From: Euryarchaeota archaeon UBA126
GTDB lineage: Archaea; Thermoplasmatota; Poseidoniia; Poseidoniales; Thalassarchaeaceae
Assembly: GCA_002497025.1 (NCBI GenBank)
Contig: DAMG01000079.1
Location: forward strand, 55,443-97,737
Direction: 5' to 3'
DNA length: 42,295 nt
The notes under the pieces were generated by a model, which saw nothing but the letters and a program-made list of their open reading frames with translations, did no database searches and was not told the DNA's origin. The position numbers and the translations under genes are program-made. Positions 7,701 through 15,935 of this stretch are shown piece after piece. Within the stretch, counting starts at the first letter, position 1. Every line of letters begins with the position of its first letter.

Positions 7701-10529
7701 CCAAATAATCCAGATTCCGATGGTGATTCCCTGCCAGATGGTTGGGAGGCTCGCTATCAATGTTCATGGGGTAGAAATAATCGTGGAATTAATCCACTAA
7801 ATGGGTCCGATGCGCTAAACAATCCAGACGGGGATGGATTTGATGTCAACCATGATGGCATCTTAGATCTTAACGAAAGCCTTGTAAATTGGCTTGAATA
7901 CCACCTTAAGGATCAAATCATCTATTCTGATTCAACTGACTCTGGACTTTCTTTCCCAGATAATTTTACAACTTTACTTACTCATGAATCTTGGTTCGGA
8001 TTTGCCGGCGATTCCTTCGGCGCCCAAACTAGTACAGCATATCGTAGCCTAGTTAATGGTACAACCAGTGAGGATGTTGGCGCCGCCAACCCTCTTGATT
8101 CTGATTCTGATAGAGATGGTATCCCTGATGGATGGGAATTCTACCATGCAAGATGGAGTTTATTTGATGAATCTTGGACATTAAATCCTGTGAATGAAGG
8201 AGATCAGGTCGGCGACCCAGATGGAGATGGGATGAATAATTGGGAAGAGTACAACGTAATTGATGGTAATTTTAGTGAAATTGACGACCTTACAACAGTT
8301 CCTCAATTTTACTTACTTCATGTCGGGGGAGAATTACTTGCAACCCCTTGGTTATCTGCAGAATCTACACTTTCATTCGGAACCTTCCTCAGTGAGGAAG
8401 ACATACAACTCAGAGGCTATACTGCTGATCCCAATGAACCCGACACCGATGGAGATGGTTTGCTCGATGGGATTGAATTGATGTTTACTAGATGGAATGC
8501 AACCGATGAAACATGGACACTTAATCCACTAATCTCTGGTGATGGTAATTACGATTCTGACCGAGATGGAATCACAGACTTAGTGGAATTGAACCTTACT
8601 AATAAAAACCCACAGAATGGTGGTCTATCACCTCCTGACGCGCCTAGATTATGGGAAGAAGCGGAATCTCTAGACCCCGATGAAGCGGTAAATCGAGTCT
8701 ACCGTATTCTCTTCAACAAGGAAGGTAGAGCTGAGATTGCACTAGAGCAATTCGATGATTGGCAAAATGGAGAACCTGCAAAACCACTTCTTGTTGCTTT
8801 ACTAGGGATAACTGATCCTAATTCTGATGATACCGATCGAGACGGTATGAGTGACGGATACGAGTATTGGTTCACTGAATGGGATTTGGAGGATAACATC
8901 TGGACAATGAATCCACTAACAGATACAGATATTCACGTTGATAGTGATGAGGACTCATTTGATTGTAATGGGGATGGATATATTTCTGATTCGGAATCAT
9001 TCGATAACCTGGCTGAGTATGATTCTCGTGTATATGGCAAGCGCTCGGCTATTGATACGATTCCAAATGGAACAGGGTTGGTATCTTACGGTCTAGATAC
9101 AATCACTGCATACATGCAAGAAAGAGGTATGTCTGAGCAGGCGGCAGCCGATCAATTGTGGATTCTATTTTCAACCAAGAACATCGAATCAAGCGATAGG
9201 GCTGGTCTGATTAATGCAATAGATCCTGATAATTTTAATTTCAGTCTAGCAGGTGTATCTGACCCAACAAATCCTGACTCCGATAGCGATGGCTTACCCG
9301 ATGGTTGGGAATTTTGCTACTCGATTTATGGCGAATGGCTCCCAGTGAATCAATATAGGTGGTCGTTAAACCCACTAAATCCGTTGGATATTGACTATGA
9401 TCCAGATGCCGATGGTTGGTATGACAGAACAATTTTCGACACACCCGGCGAACAAGGAGTTTGGGATAATAGAGAGTTTACCCCAGCTTCTCCCAATCAA
9501 CAGATTCTTCCTTCCAACTCCGAGTTGTACTTCACCAATCTAATGGAATACAATAACGGAACCCATCCGTTAGAATTGGATAGCGATGATGATTCAATGG
9601 TAATGGAGCCAGTATTCAGTGGTGGTATAGTTATTGATTATGTTCAGAATCTCAATCTCTCAGATGGCCGTGAGGTATTCAAATATGGAACAAATCCTCT
9701 AGACAATGATACCGACGGAGATATGATGCCCGACTTTTATGAGTATTATAGAGGGTGGAATGAAACCAATGATAATTGGTCATCTTATCTAGAAATCTCT
9801 GTAGTCTGGTACCAAGTCACTCCTAATGTATTGAAACCTGTAAAAGTCAATGGAGGAACGATTGCTAGACCTGAACTTGAGTATACTTGGTTCACTCACG
9901 ACGCCACAGACCCTAGTGATGCAGGGCAAGATGCGGATAATGATGGAGGTTGGGACTGTACAGGAGGAAACTGTGTCTACGTACCATACAATAATTTTCA
10001 AGAATATTACGGAGTAGTGAACGCGACACTTTCGTCTCCAACATTGGTTAGACAGGCCAATCTATACGATTGTTCAGGAAATATTGTTCAGGAATGGTGG
10101 CAATTAAGGGAATCACTGCTTGGAACCTGTGGAGGGGCTGCTGCATTACAAAGCAATTACATGAGAATGTACAAGGTAAATAATGACGATTTACTCTATG
10201 CGTACATCGTAAATGATAACGATATTGATTATCAATATCTAGATGAATCAGATGATGAAATTATCGTCAATGGCGAATGGACTGACAACTACCAACGCTT
10301 TGCTGGAGACCGTTATCATTATCCAAACACTGGTTTGGGTGAATATGTTTGGGGTTGGTGGATAATTGATATCGATGGAGATCAAATTGCTGATGGAACT
10401 GACCCAACCAATTGGGACACAGATGGCGATTGGGCCAACGATTTCTTCGAAATTGAAGATGATATGTTAGATGGAGTACGAGGCAATTCTGGTTCACCAA
10501 TTCGATATGATGATCGTACAACAAATTGA
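4797..10529 (+). CDS. Giant (~1910 aa) secreted or N-anchored acidic protein with >20 DxDxDG calcium-binding (thrombospondin type 3-like) repeats and a central probable beta-propeller
   Basis: N-terminal MRRKQ plus hydrophobic segment; repeats such as DTDGDGLPDGYE and DSDGDGMPDGWE; the middle region has LLVGS/LILGT/LIVGT/VWLGT/ILLGS blade-like motifs. SD-like GAGGT before ATG 4797; alternative start at 4776. Confidence 0.8.
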   Translation: MRRKQTAFFVTLLILSSLVFVSQTRPQAPVSSVDPPDLPGSGPMAVDQDEDLIPDIHEVIFSEARHIDTPFGVVVVEGLDPMNGSDNITDFDRDGASALMEYCWPWTLETCFTERLSLTGKSPDETESGFREYLDPRESDTDGDGLPDGYEIYMCTEGGAGYQNPATSEWTCLYFDPLDDSDTFEDADLCVEQASEWGCGDGFDVNRDGEIDLDERYTNSEEYWFGTPSDWLTERDGLWCAGIMPNLHPDACQDEIVRPTGDDGWLGSDPRRMDSDHYTWSELLPTSLAVPGDGIPDGWEAYYGLDPRNASDATLDSDSDGWDIDRDGFIIPDSSIATARWGEAFSNYEEYLIHMDSGHWVRPGLRGTILTSQSDEVMLFDQGTNPMLVDGRVHTVLSDNPRDRLLVGSAYGITAINPFERISSTFELPNGMELFTMMRWNPSSEDYLILGTNHGIHSLILENGLPQMDTLSASNIGPVQVIEPLQTGSGDLDLILLGHGSNAWRMTISEPSSGTGNPDFSEVIAIEELTQMLDIVGASFTEVIHVPMSGRGPMLIVGTDSGMIRWDTTDGTSSIGQPFWIYTTEDAEEYVQFADLLNQSKSAVVNVMELAGPVATDGSLEEVTGVWLGTPGGIHLIDLDLFVGLPKQAFITDRMFNLERWEEGANDIYSIHAIDGKILLGSRDGTWALEGGSQGVLGIVENQTRMPGLVTSLTTFIHDGNQYLFAGVSPGEYMNLMPINPKSIDSDLDGMPDGWEFVYGLDPTDPYDRVRDADADGVYFDIDGVSFNREWSNLDEYRFVNTSEGGFSGTDPRNIDTDGDGLTDGQEYWGWFADSTDFSCHYLNEEYICDDEVGEDALEVHLSGWLNSGAGGGTDGPTDPTSLDSDGDGMPDGWEIEHRRWIGDVYTGGNLWTLDPRDPSDATMDADGDGLDNVCEYKWGLYVESVALEGLPTHGENASAAQSWTKTDPNNPDSDGDSLPDGWEARYQCSWGRNNRGINPLNGSDALNNPDGDGFDVNHDGILDLNESLVNWLEYHLKDQIIYSDSTDSGLSFPDNFTTLLTHESWFGFAGDSFGAQTSTAYRSLVNGTTSEDVGAANPLDSDSDRDGIPDGWEFYHARWSLFDESWTLNPVNEGDQVGDPDGDGMNNWEEYNVIDGNFSEIDDLTTVPQFYLLHVGGELLATPWLSAESTLSFGTFLSEEDIQLRGYTADPNEPDTDGDGLLDGIELMFTRWNATDETWTLNPLISGDGNYDSDRDGITDLVELNLTNKNPQNGGLSPPDAPRLWEEAESLDPDEAVNRVYRILFNKEGRAEIALEQFDDWQNGEPAKPLLVALLGITDPNSDDTDRDGMSDGYEYWFTEWDLEDNIWTMNPLTDTDIHVDSDEDSFDCNGDGYISDSESFDNLAEYDSRVYGKRSAIDTIPNGTGLVSYGLDTITAYMQERGMSEQAAADQLWILFSTKNIESSDRAGLINAIDPDNFNFSLAGVSDPTNPDSDSDGLPDGWEFCYSIYGEWLPVNQYRWSLNPLNPLDIDYDPDADGWYDRTIFDTPGEQGVWDNREFTPASPNQQILPSNSELYFTNLMEYNNGTHPLELDSDDDSMVMEPVFSGGIVIDYVQNLNLSDGREVFKYGTNPLDNDTDGDMMPDFYEYYRGWNETNDNWSSYLEISVVWYQVTPNVLKPVKVNGGTIARPELEYTWFTHDATDPSDAGQDADNDGGWDCTGGNCVYVPYNNFQEYYGVVNATLSSPTLVRQANLYDCSGNIVQEWWQLRESLLGTCGGAAALQSNYMRMYKVNNDDLLYAYIVNDNDIDYQYLDESDDEIIVNGEWTDNYQRFAGDRYHYPNTGLGEYVWGWWIIDIDGDQIADGTDPTNWDTDGDWANDFFEIEDDMLDGVRGNSGSPIRYDDRTTN

Positions 10530-10571
10530 GCACAACCTATTCGGTTGGTTCATCAGCAAAGTTAGCGAGGG

Positions 10572-11048
10572 TTGACTGTGGACGAGAATGCCAAGATACC
10601 AGCCGTTGATGCCCCAATCGAGGAAAGGTTGCTATTCCTGCAAGAAAACATGGTCAATTTTGTTAAGCAGTATAATCTTCCTGTGATTGAAGTATCGTTG
10701 GTGGTTTCAAAATACATCAGAGTTCTACTAGAATCACTCGAGCGGGCAGCATCTGAGAGTGGAGAAAAGATCCCCGAAAATATGTCTCAAGCATGGGAAA
10801 TTGATACCGATTTGAGCGCTCCTACAATAGAATCGTTTCCGTTGGACAAACTACTTGGAACATTAGATGAAGATAGAATGGACATCCTAGATACTATGAT
10901 GAGAGTAATTATCAATGGCGCAGAGATTCCATTTTCCTCAGCGCTTACCCTACTTCGAGATTGGGAAATGCGATTGAGGATTCAGATGGCCGAAGCGACA
11001 AGCCCCGGACACCTATTTAGTCCGATGGACTTGCCAGAGGGATTCTAG
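10572..11048 (+). CDS. Hypothetical alpha-helical protein with apparent internal duplication
   Basis: 158-aa ORF, TTG start after GAGGG, fills the gap between neighbouring genes. Confidence 0.7.
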   Translation: MTVDENAKIPAVDAPIEERLLFLQENMVNFVKQYNLPVIEVSLVVSKYIRVLLESLERAASESGEKIPENMSQAWEIDTDLSAPTIESFPLDKLLGTLDEDRMDILDTMMRVIINGAEIPFSSALTLLRDWEMRLRIQMAEATSPGHLFSPMDLPEGF

Positions 11049-11866
11049 TTTTTCTCAATACAATAAGGACAAGATTTGGTAAGGACATATTGCTCACTTT
11101 CCATTTCTTCTTCTGTCAAAGGCTCTCTGCAAGCCCAGCACATCTGAGTTGTAGTTTCTTCCAATGCCGGGTCTATGGCAACCCTTCTATCAAAAACGAA
11201 ACAATCGCCGTTCCAATGATCGCCCCCTACCTCTTCGAAGTAACCGAGGATACCTCCATCCAATTGTCTCACATCCGACCATCCTTGTTGCATCATAACA
11301 GCACTTGCTTTTTCACAACGAATGCCCCCCGTACAAAACATTACTACAGTCTGATTTTTGTCTATTTCAGACTCAGCTACAGCATCTGGGAATGCTCTGA
11401 ATGTCGATAAATCGAGGTCTATTGCGCCTTCGAATGTACCCAGTCGAACCTCGTAATCATTCCTGGTATCTAGCACAATAATTTCTCTCCCTTGGTCTAA
11501 CCATGTTTTGAATTCCTGAGGGGTAATTGATTCGCCGGTCTTTTCTGCAGGACGAATTGAATCAAGACCTAAAGAAATTATTTCATTCTTCAACCTAACA
11601 TTCATTCTCCTAAATGACATTCTATCGCTATAGGATATTTTCAGCGGAATCCCTTGGAATCTCTCATCGGATTCGAGGTATTGTAAAAATTGGTCTACTG
11701 CTGATTGTTTTCCTGATAGAAAGAAGTTGATTCCCTCGTGGCTTAACAAAATTGTACCTAGCAAACCAACTTTATCACAAGTAGATTTGAAAGGTTCGCG
11801 AAGTGCGTCACGGTCTGGGAGATCAACGAAACGATATCCTGCAATATTCACGATTTCGCTAGTCAC
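11045..11866 (-). CDS. trhO: Rhodanese-domain TrhO/YceA (UPF0176) family protein, tRNA U34 hydroxylase-like
   Basis: GTILLSHEGIN, RLKNEII, LDTRNDYEVRLGTFEGA, FCTGGIRCEK, QLDGGILGY, GDCFVFDRR. Start moved to GTG 11866 (AGGTGG upstream) to avoid overlapping the upstream gene. Confidence 0.8.
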   Translation of the reverse strand: MTSEIVNIAGYRFVDLPDRDALREPFKSTCDKVGLLGTILLSHEGINFFLSGKQSAVDQFLQYLESDERFQGIPLKISYSDRMSFRRMNVRLKNEIISLGLDSIRPAEKTGESITPQEFKTWLDQGREIIVLDTRNDYEVRLGTFEGAIDLDLSTFRAFPDAVAESEIDKNQTVVMFCTGGIRCEKASAVMMQQGWSDVRQLDGGILGYFEEVGGDHWNGDCFVFDRRVAIDPALEETTTQMCWACREPLTEEEMESEQYVLTKSCPYCIEKN

Positions 11867-11874
11867 GCAACCAC

Positions 11875-12204
11875 CTAACTGGACTCTGCTCGTGCTACTA
11901 TACCGCTTGAAACCCACCATGCATCTCCAATAGACCAAATATAGAGCACGGGCCACAGTATAACGGTGAGAATGAGTGGGAATTGAACCGCGAACCAACT
12001 AGCAGCTTTTCGATGTTGTCGATTGAAATGTTGGCCGATGAATAAGAATGGAATCAAAGCCAAAGCAATAGCAATTAATGGCCTCAATGCACCCCATGGT
12101 CCGATACCACCACTGATTTCGTACCAGATTACTTTGACGACACCGAGAGGGTTTGTACTGCCCCCCTCGTCATCGACAACTTCGACGACGTAATCCGCAC
12201 TCAT
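11875..12204 (-). CDS. Small membrane protein (2-3 TM helices)
   Basis: Hydrophobic segments LIAIALALIPFLFIG and WFAVQFPLILTVILWPVLYIW; ATG 12204 preceded by GGGGG; co-oriented with trhO, 8-bp gap. Confidence 0.7.
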   Translation of the reverse strand: MSADYVVEVVDDEGGSTNPLGVVKVIWYEISGGIGPWGALRPLIAIALALIPFLFIGQHFNRQHRKAASWFAVQFPLILTVILWPVLYIWSIGDAWWVSSGIVARAESS

Positions 12205-12289
12205 TACCCCCTGGTCAGACCTTTGCCGAATGAATATGACGATTCCCTGACCACGCAAGACACAACTATGGAGGACCCTTCGGAAGTAC

Positions 12290-13270
12290 GTGAAACCCCG
12301 AGTTCTGCTAACATCATTCCCAGCATTTGGGGGACACGATGATAATGTTTCGATGAAAGTAATGCAAGCTATCGAATCTATTGGAATAACTGGAATTACA
12401 CTAGTAACTGAATTATTGACATGTGATGAGGTTGGTTCACGAAGAGTTTCTGAATCAATAAATCAGGGAGAGAAATTTAACGCAATCATTCAACTTGGAT
12501 TAGCCGAATCTCGAAAGTCAATCTCATTGGAACGGTGGGCTCACAATGAATCTAATTTCAGGATTGCAGATAACTCAGGAAGGTTGGTTAATGAAATTGT
12601 TATTGAGGGTGCTCCTTCAAAGTATGAGACGACGGCTTCAAAGCATATCTTGGATGAGGAGTTTGAGGGCGAAGAAGATGTAGTTTGGAGTGAATCTGCT
12701 GGTCAATTTGTCTGCAATGAAACAATCTATAGGACATTAAATTCGATAGACTCAGTTGGAGAAAAAATTCCGGCGATTTTTATCCATTTACCACCTGAAT
12801 CTGAGGTGTCACTTGAAAGGCAAATGGAAGTACTCACTCGTATAATCGAGACACTAGCGACAAAACCTAGGTTAGAAGTAGTAGGCGCACTGTTATTCGA
12901 TTCTCATGGACGAATTATGGCATGTAGGAGACCACCTCAGGATGTTTGGGCTGGTTGGTGGGAATTTCCTGGTGGAAAGATCGATGAGGGAGAAACTGAG
13001 AAGGAGGCTTTACGCAGAGAAATTTCGGAAGAACTAGGCATTATTGTTGAACCAAATAGTCGAGTTGCATACCTTCAACATGAGTACGAAGATCGTTTTG
13101 TTTCATTATCTATCTGGGATTGTGGCGTTGTCAATCCGCAATTAATTGATGCTAAGGAACACGATTTGATTTGTTGGCTAGATCAACCTTCACTCAATTC
13201 GGTGAAGTGGCTTCCTGCTGATGAACCTTTGATTGAAGAATGGATAAAATCAGGAATACCTCAATCTTGA
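12290..13270 (+). CDS. Pyroglutamyl-peptidase I (C15) fused to a MutT-like Nudix hydrolase
   Basis: VLLTSFPAFGG, QLGLA, ISLER, SAGQFVCN, FIHLP (Glu/Cys/His triad); C-terminal WEFPGGKIDEGETEKEALRREISEELG Nudix box and WLPAD. Confidence 0.88.
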   Translation: MKPRVLLTSFPAFGGHDDNVSMKVMQAIESIGITGITLVTELLTCDEVGSRRVSESINQGEKFNAIIQLGLAESRKSISLERWAHNESNFRIADNSGRLVNEIVIEGAPSKYETTASKHILDEEFEGEEDVVWSESAGQFVCNETIYRTLNSIDSVGEKIPAIFIHLPPESEVSLERQMEVLTRIIETLATKPRLEVVGALLFDSHGRIMACRRPPQDVWAGWWEFPGGKIDEGETEKEALRREISEELGIIVEPNSRVAYLQHEYEDRFVSLSIWDCGVVNPQLIDAKEHDLICWLDQPSLNSVKWLPADEPLIEEWIKSGIPQS

Positions 13271-13779
13271 TCTATATTCATCGTTCTCCTTCCTTTATTG
13301 TCGAACCATTCGATTGGTGTTCCATCTTGATCCATACTCAGGTCATCTCCCAAACTTCTAGGGATGCTATGTCTCCCTTCATGCCAGGTTAATTGTTCAA
13401 GCCATAAACCTAGATCATCGCCTTGCAATGAAACTTCCATAACTCCTCCAAGAGGAAGTTCTTCGACTACAAATGCCACCTTACCTGCAAATGCGGCCTG
13501 CCTAGATAATTGAAAGTGAGTAGTATCTTTTTGTAGATTCATCGTCATTACATCAAAAGCAGTATCTAATATACGATTATTTGAACAATATTCTATTATT
13601 CCTGATAAAGACTGAGATTTCCCGGATAGTTCAATCTCCTCTCGGGTTACTGGAAAAGTGTCTTCTACCTCTGAAATTTCGCAATTCCAATCAGGGAATA
13701 GTAACCTAATTGCCTTCTCAACGAGGGTGGTATCCTCGTGGATTTTGACTATGGTGGAGACCGTTATTTCCGGGTCCAT
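13261..13779 (-). CDS. DUF54 / UPF0201 putative RNA-binding protein
   Basis: IHEDTTLVEKAIRLLFP, RILDTA, LSRQAAFAGKVAF and PLGG resemble the archaeal DUF54 family. Confidence 0.7.
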   Translation of the reverse strand: MDPEITVSTIVKIHEDTTLVEKAIRLLFPDWNCEISEVEDTFPVTREEIELSGKSQSLSGIIEYCSNNRILDTAFDVMTMNLQKDTTHFQLSRQAAFAGKVAFVVEELPLGGVMEVSLQGDDLGLWLEQLTWHEGRHSIPRSLGDDLSMDQDGTPIEWFDNKGRRTMNIDQD

Positions 13780-13874
13780 ATCTAGACGAGGATGTGTTCA
13801 GGTCATGATTGCTATGGATAATCGGTCTCCCATGACCACGAATAATTCAAACCATTGATTTGGTAGCCCAGTGT

Positions 13875-14738
13875 ATGGTACAGCGTTCTCCGTTGATTAG
13901 CGCGGGTCTGCTACTAGCACCTACGATATGTGTGGTTGCGCTTAGGTTTGGCCTTCCAAACATTGATGAATTACTCAAACAAGACCTCTTTGCGCAAGTG
14001 ATTATTCACACTATTGCGATAATTTTAGGGATAATTATGTACTTTAGATATCGAGTTGTTGAGGATCATGAATATCACCGCTCTAGTGCAATTAAGGGGC
14101 TATCGAGTATGTACCGACTTGAGGATAAGGGGCTATGGAGTCGTGGGGATGCGGCATTGGAAAAATTAGAGTCTCAAGCCAGTAGTGAACCTAGAGGAAG
14201 AGCCGGCTTACGATTCCAAAAGAGAATGAGCGGTAGGATATCAGATTTGAATAAGGAAGGGTCAGAACTCGAATTAGATTCTGAAGATTCTAGGATGGAT
14301 GTAGATGTACAGGTAGAAGGCGCATCATACAATTCCGATTCAAGTGAAACTCAATCAGAAGAAGTTAGTGAGCCCACCGGAGCTTTAGGGGCCAGTGCGG
14401 AAGCTTCAGCTCAACGACGCCTCGCAAAAGAATTGTACCGCCGAGAAAAGCAAGCTGCAAAAGATGAGAAGAAGGCAAAAAAGCAGGCTAAGAAGGAAGC
14501 AAAGGCCGCTGCAAAGGTAGAAAAAATTGCGGCTAAGGCTGCTGCAAAAGCGGAAAAAGAAGCGGCAAAGAGATCTAAATTGCCACCTACAAAAACTAAC
14601 TGGGATGCAAAGGAAGACACACAATGGCAATCTACGGCTGCTTCATCTATTTCCAAATCTGTAATATCTTGTCAAGAGTGCGGAGCCGTAAACAATAGCG
14701 GCACCGCATACTGTAGTAGTTGCGGTGCTTTCCTGTAA
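13875..14738 (+). CDS. Membrane protein with two N-terminal TM helices, Lys/Ala-rich helix and C-terminal zinc ribbon
   Basis: Two hydrophobic segments, acidic linker, KAKKQAKKEAKAAAK tract, CQECG-x8-YCSSCG. Confidence 0.75.
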   Translation: MVQRSPLISAGLLLAPTICVVALRFGLPNIDELLKQDLFAQVIIHTIAIILGIIMYFRYRVVEDHEYHRSSAIKGLSSMYRLEDKGLWSRGDAALEKLESQASSEPRGRAGLRFQKRMSGRISDLNKEGSELELDSEDSRMDVDVQVEGASYNSDSSETQSEEVSEPTGALGASAEASAQRRLAKELYRREKQAAKDEKKAKKQAKKEAKAAAKVEKIAAKAAAKAEKEAAKRSKLPPTKTNWDAKEDTQWQSTAASSISKSVISCQECGAVNNSGTAYCSSCGAFL

Positions 14739-14792
14739 GCATTCCAATGGGTTGAAAACAGGTGCTTTGGCGTAATTGGTTGTGGTGGTCCC

Positions 14793-15935
14793 TTGAGTCA
14801 GAAGAGAGATTACTACGAGGTATTAGGAGTAGACCGTAAAGTGTCAGACTCTGACATAAAGAAAGCCTTTCGTTCCAAGGCTAGGGAATTTCATCCAGAT
14901 AAGAACCCAGATGACCCTGACGCGGAAGCACGATTCAAAGAAGTTCAGGAAGCTTACGCCATTCTATCTAACCCCGATGAAAGAAAAAAGTACGACATGT
15001 TTGGGCACGACCGCCCTGGTGGTTCTCCATGGGGCGCTGGAGGATTTCAAGGAGTCAATATCAGTATCGACGACTTATTTGGCGGTGGTTTCGAATCGAT
15101 TTTTTCATCCCTATTCGGAGGTGGAACTAGACGCAGACCATCCCGAGGTGCGGACCTTCTTATTCGCCATGTGGTAAGTTTTCAAGATGCATTTAACGGA
15201 GTTGATGATGAATTAGAAATCGATGTACTAAACCGTTGTGAAAGTTGTGATGGCAGTGGTTCTCAGACTCCGGAAGGCGTCAGAGTTTGTCCAACCTGTG
15301 ATGGAAGAGGGAGATTAACTAGAATAGAAAGAATAGGTCCATTTCAACAACAAGTCACCCAAGATTGCAGAGCATGTGGAGGTGATGGAAGAATCATACA
15401 AAATCCTTGTAAGACTTGTGCGGGAAAAGGTAGAGCAGAGCAATCAAAGAAAGTCAAATTTAGTGTTCCTGCAGGCATAGATAGTGGAACCAGATTGAGG
15501 TTGAGTGGTCATGGAGAGTCTCCTAGTAATCTAAATGGAAAACCTGGTAATCTATACATTGAAATTGAGATAGAAGAACATGATTGGTTTGAAAGGGATG
15601 GTTCCGATTTGTTGATGGCTCTTCCAGTTAGTTATGTTGATCTTGTATTAGGTACGAGTATTGAGATACCTCACATCGACGGCTCAACTCTCAAGATCAT
15701 TGTAAACGCTGGATCAAAACCGGGAGAGACGGTAACAATCCCAAATCGAGGCCTACCTTATCCAAGGGGCGGAAGAGGCAGGGGGGCAGTAATGGTCCTT
15801 CTCAAACTCGCAATGCCAAACAAGTTGTCCCGTTCTACCAAAAAGCAACTAAAAGAACTCAAAGAAAATTTAGGTAGCGGCGCACCTGTTACTGATGACA
15901 TCATCAGTGAAGCACGTGAAAGACGCCGCTCATGA
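14793..15935 (+). CDS. dnaJ: Chaperone DnaJ
   Basis: KRDYYEVLGV, HPDKN J-domain, G/F region, four CxxCxGxG repeats, C-terminal domain; TTG start after GGTGGT. Confidence 0.96.
   Translation: MSQKRDYYEVLGVDRKVSDSDIKKAFRSKAREFHPDKNPDDPDAEARFKEVQEAYAILSNPDERKKYDMFGHDRPGGSPWGAGGFQGVNISIDDLFGGGFESIFSSLFGGGTRRRPSRGADLLIRHVVSFQDAFNGVDDELEIDVLNRCESCDGSGSQTPEGVRVCPTCDGRGRLTRIERIGPFQQQVTQDCRACGGDGRIIQNPCKTCAGKGRAEQSKKVKFSVPAGIDSGTRLRLSGHGESPSNLNGKPGNLYIEIEIEEHDWFERDGSDLLMALPVSYVDLVLGTSIEIPHIDGSTLKIIVNAGSKPGETVTIPNRGLPYPRGGRGRGAVMVLLKLAMPNKLSRSTKKQLKELKENLGSGAPVTDDIISEARERRRS

Noticed and set aside
4797..10529. Recurrent GATGGAGATGG-type nucleotide repeats as a CRISPR or tandem repeat
   Set aside because: Irregular spacing and degeneracy; they encode DxDGDG protein motifs
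11867..11998. 44-codon N-terminal extension of trhO in the ORF track
   Set aside because: Overlaps the upstream membrane-protein gene; an SD supports GTG 11866
14793..15935. dnaJ without adjacent dnaK/grpE
   Set aside because: Split chaperone loci are common; absence cannot be judged from one window
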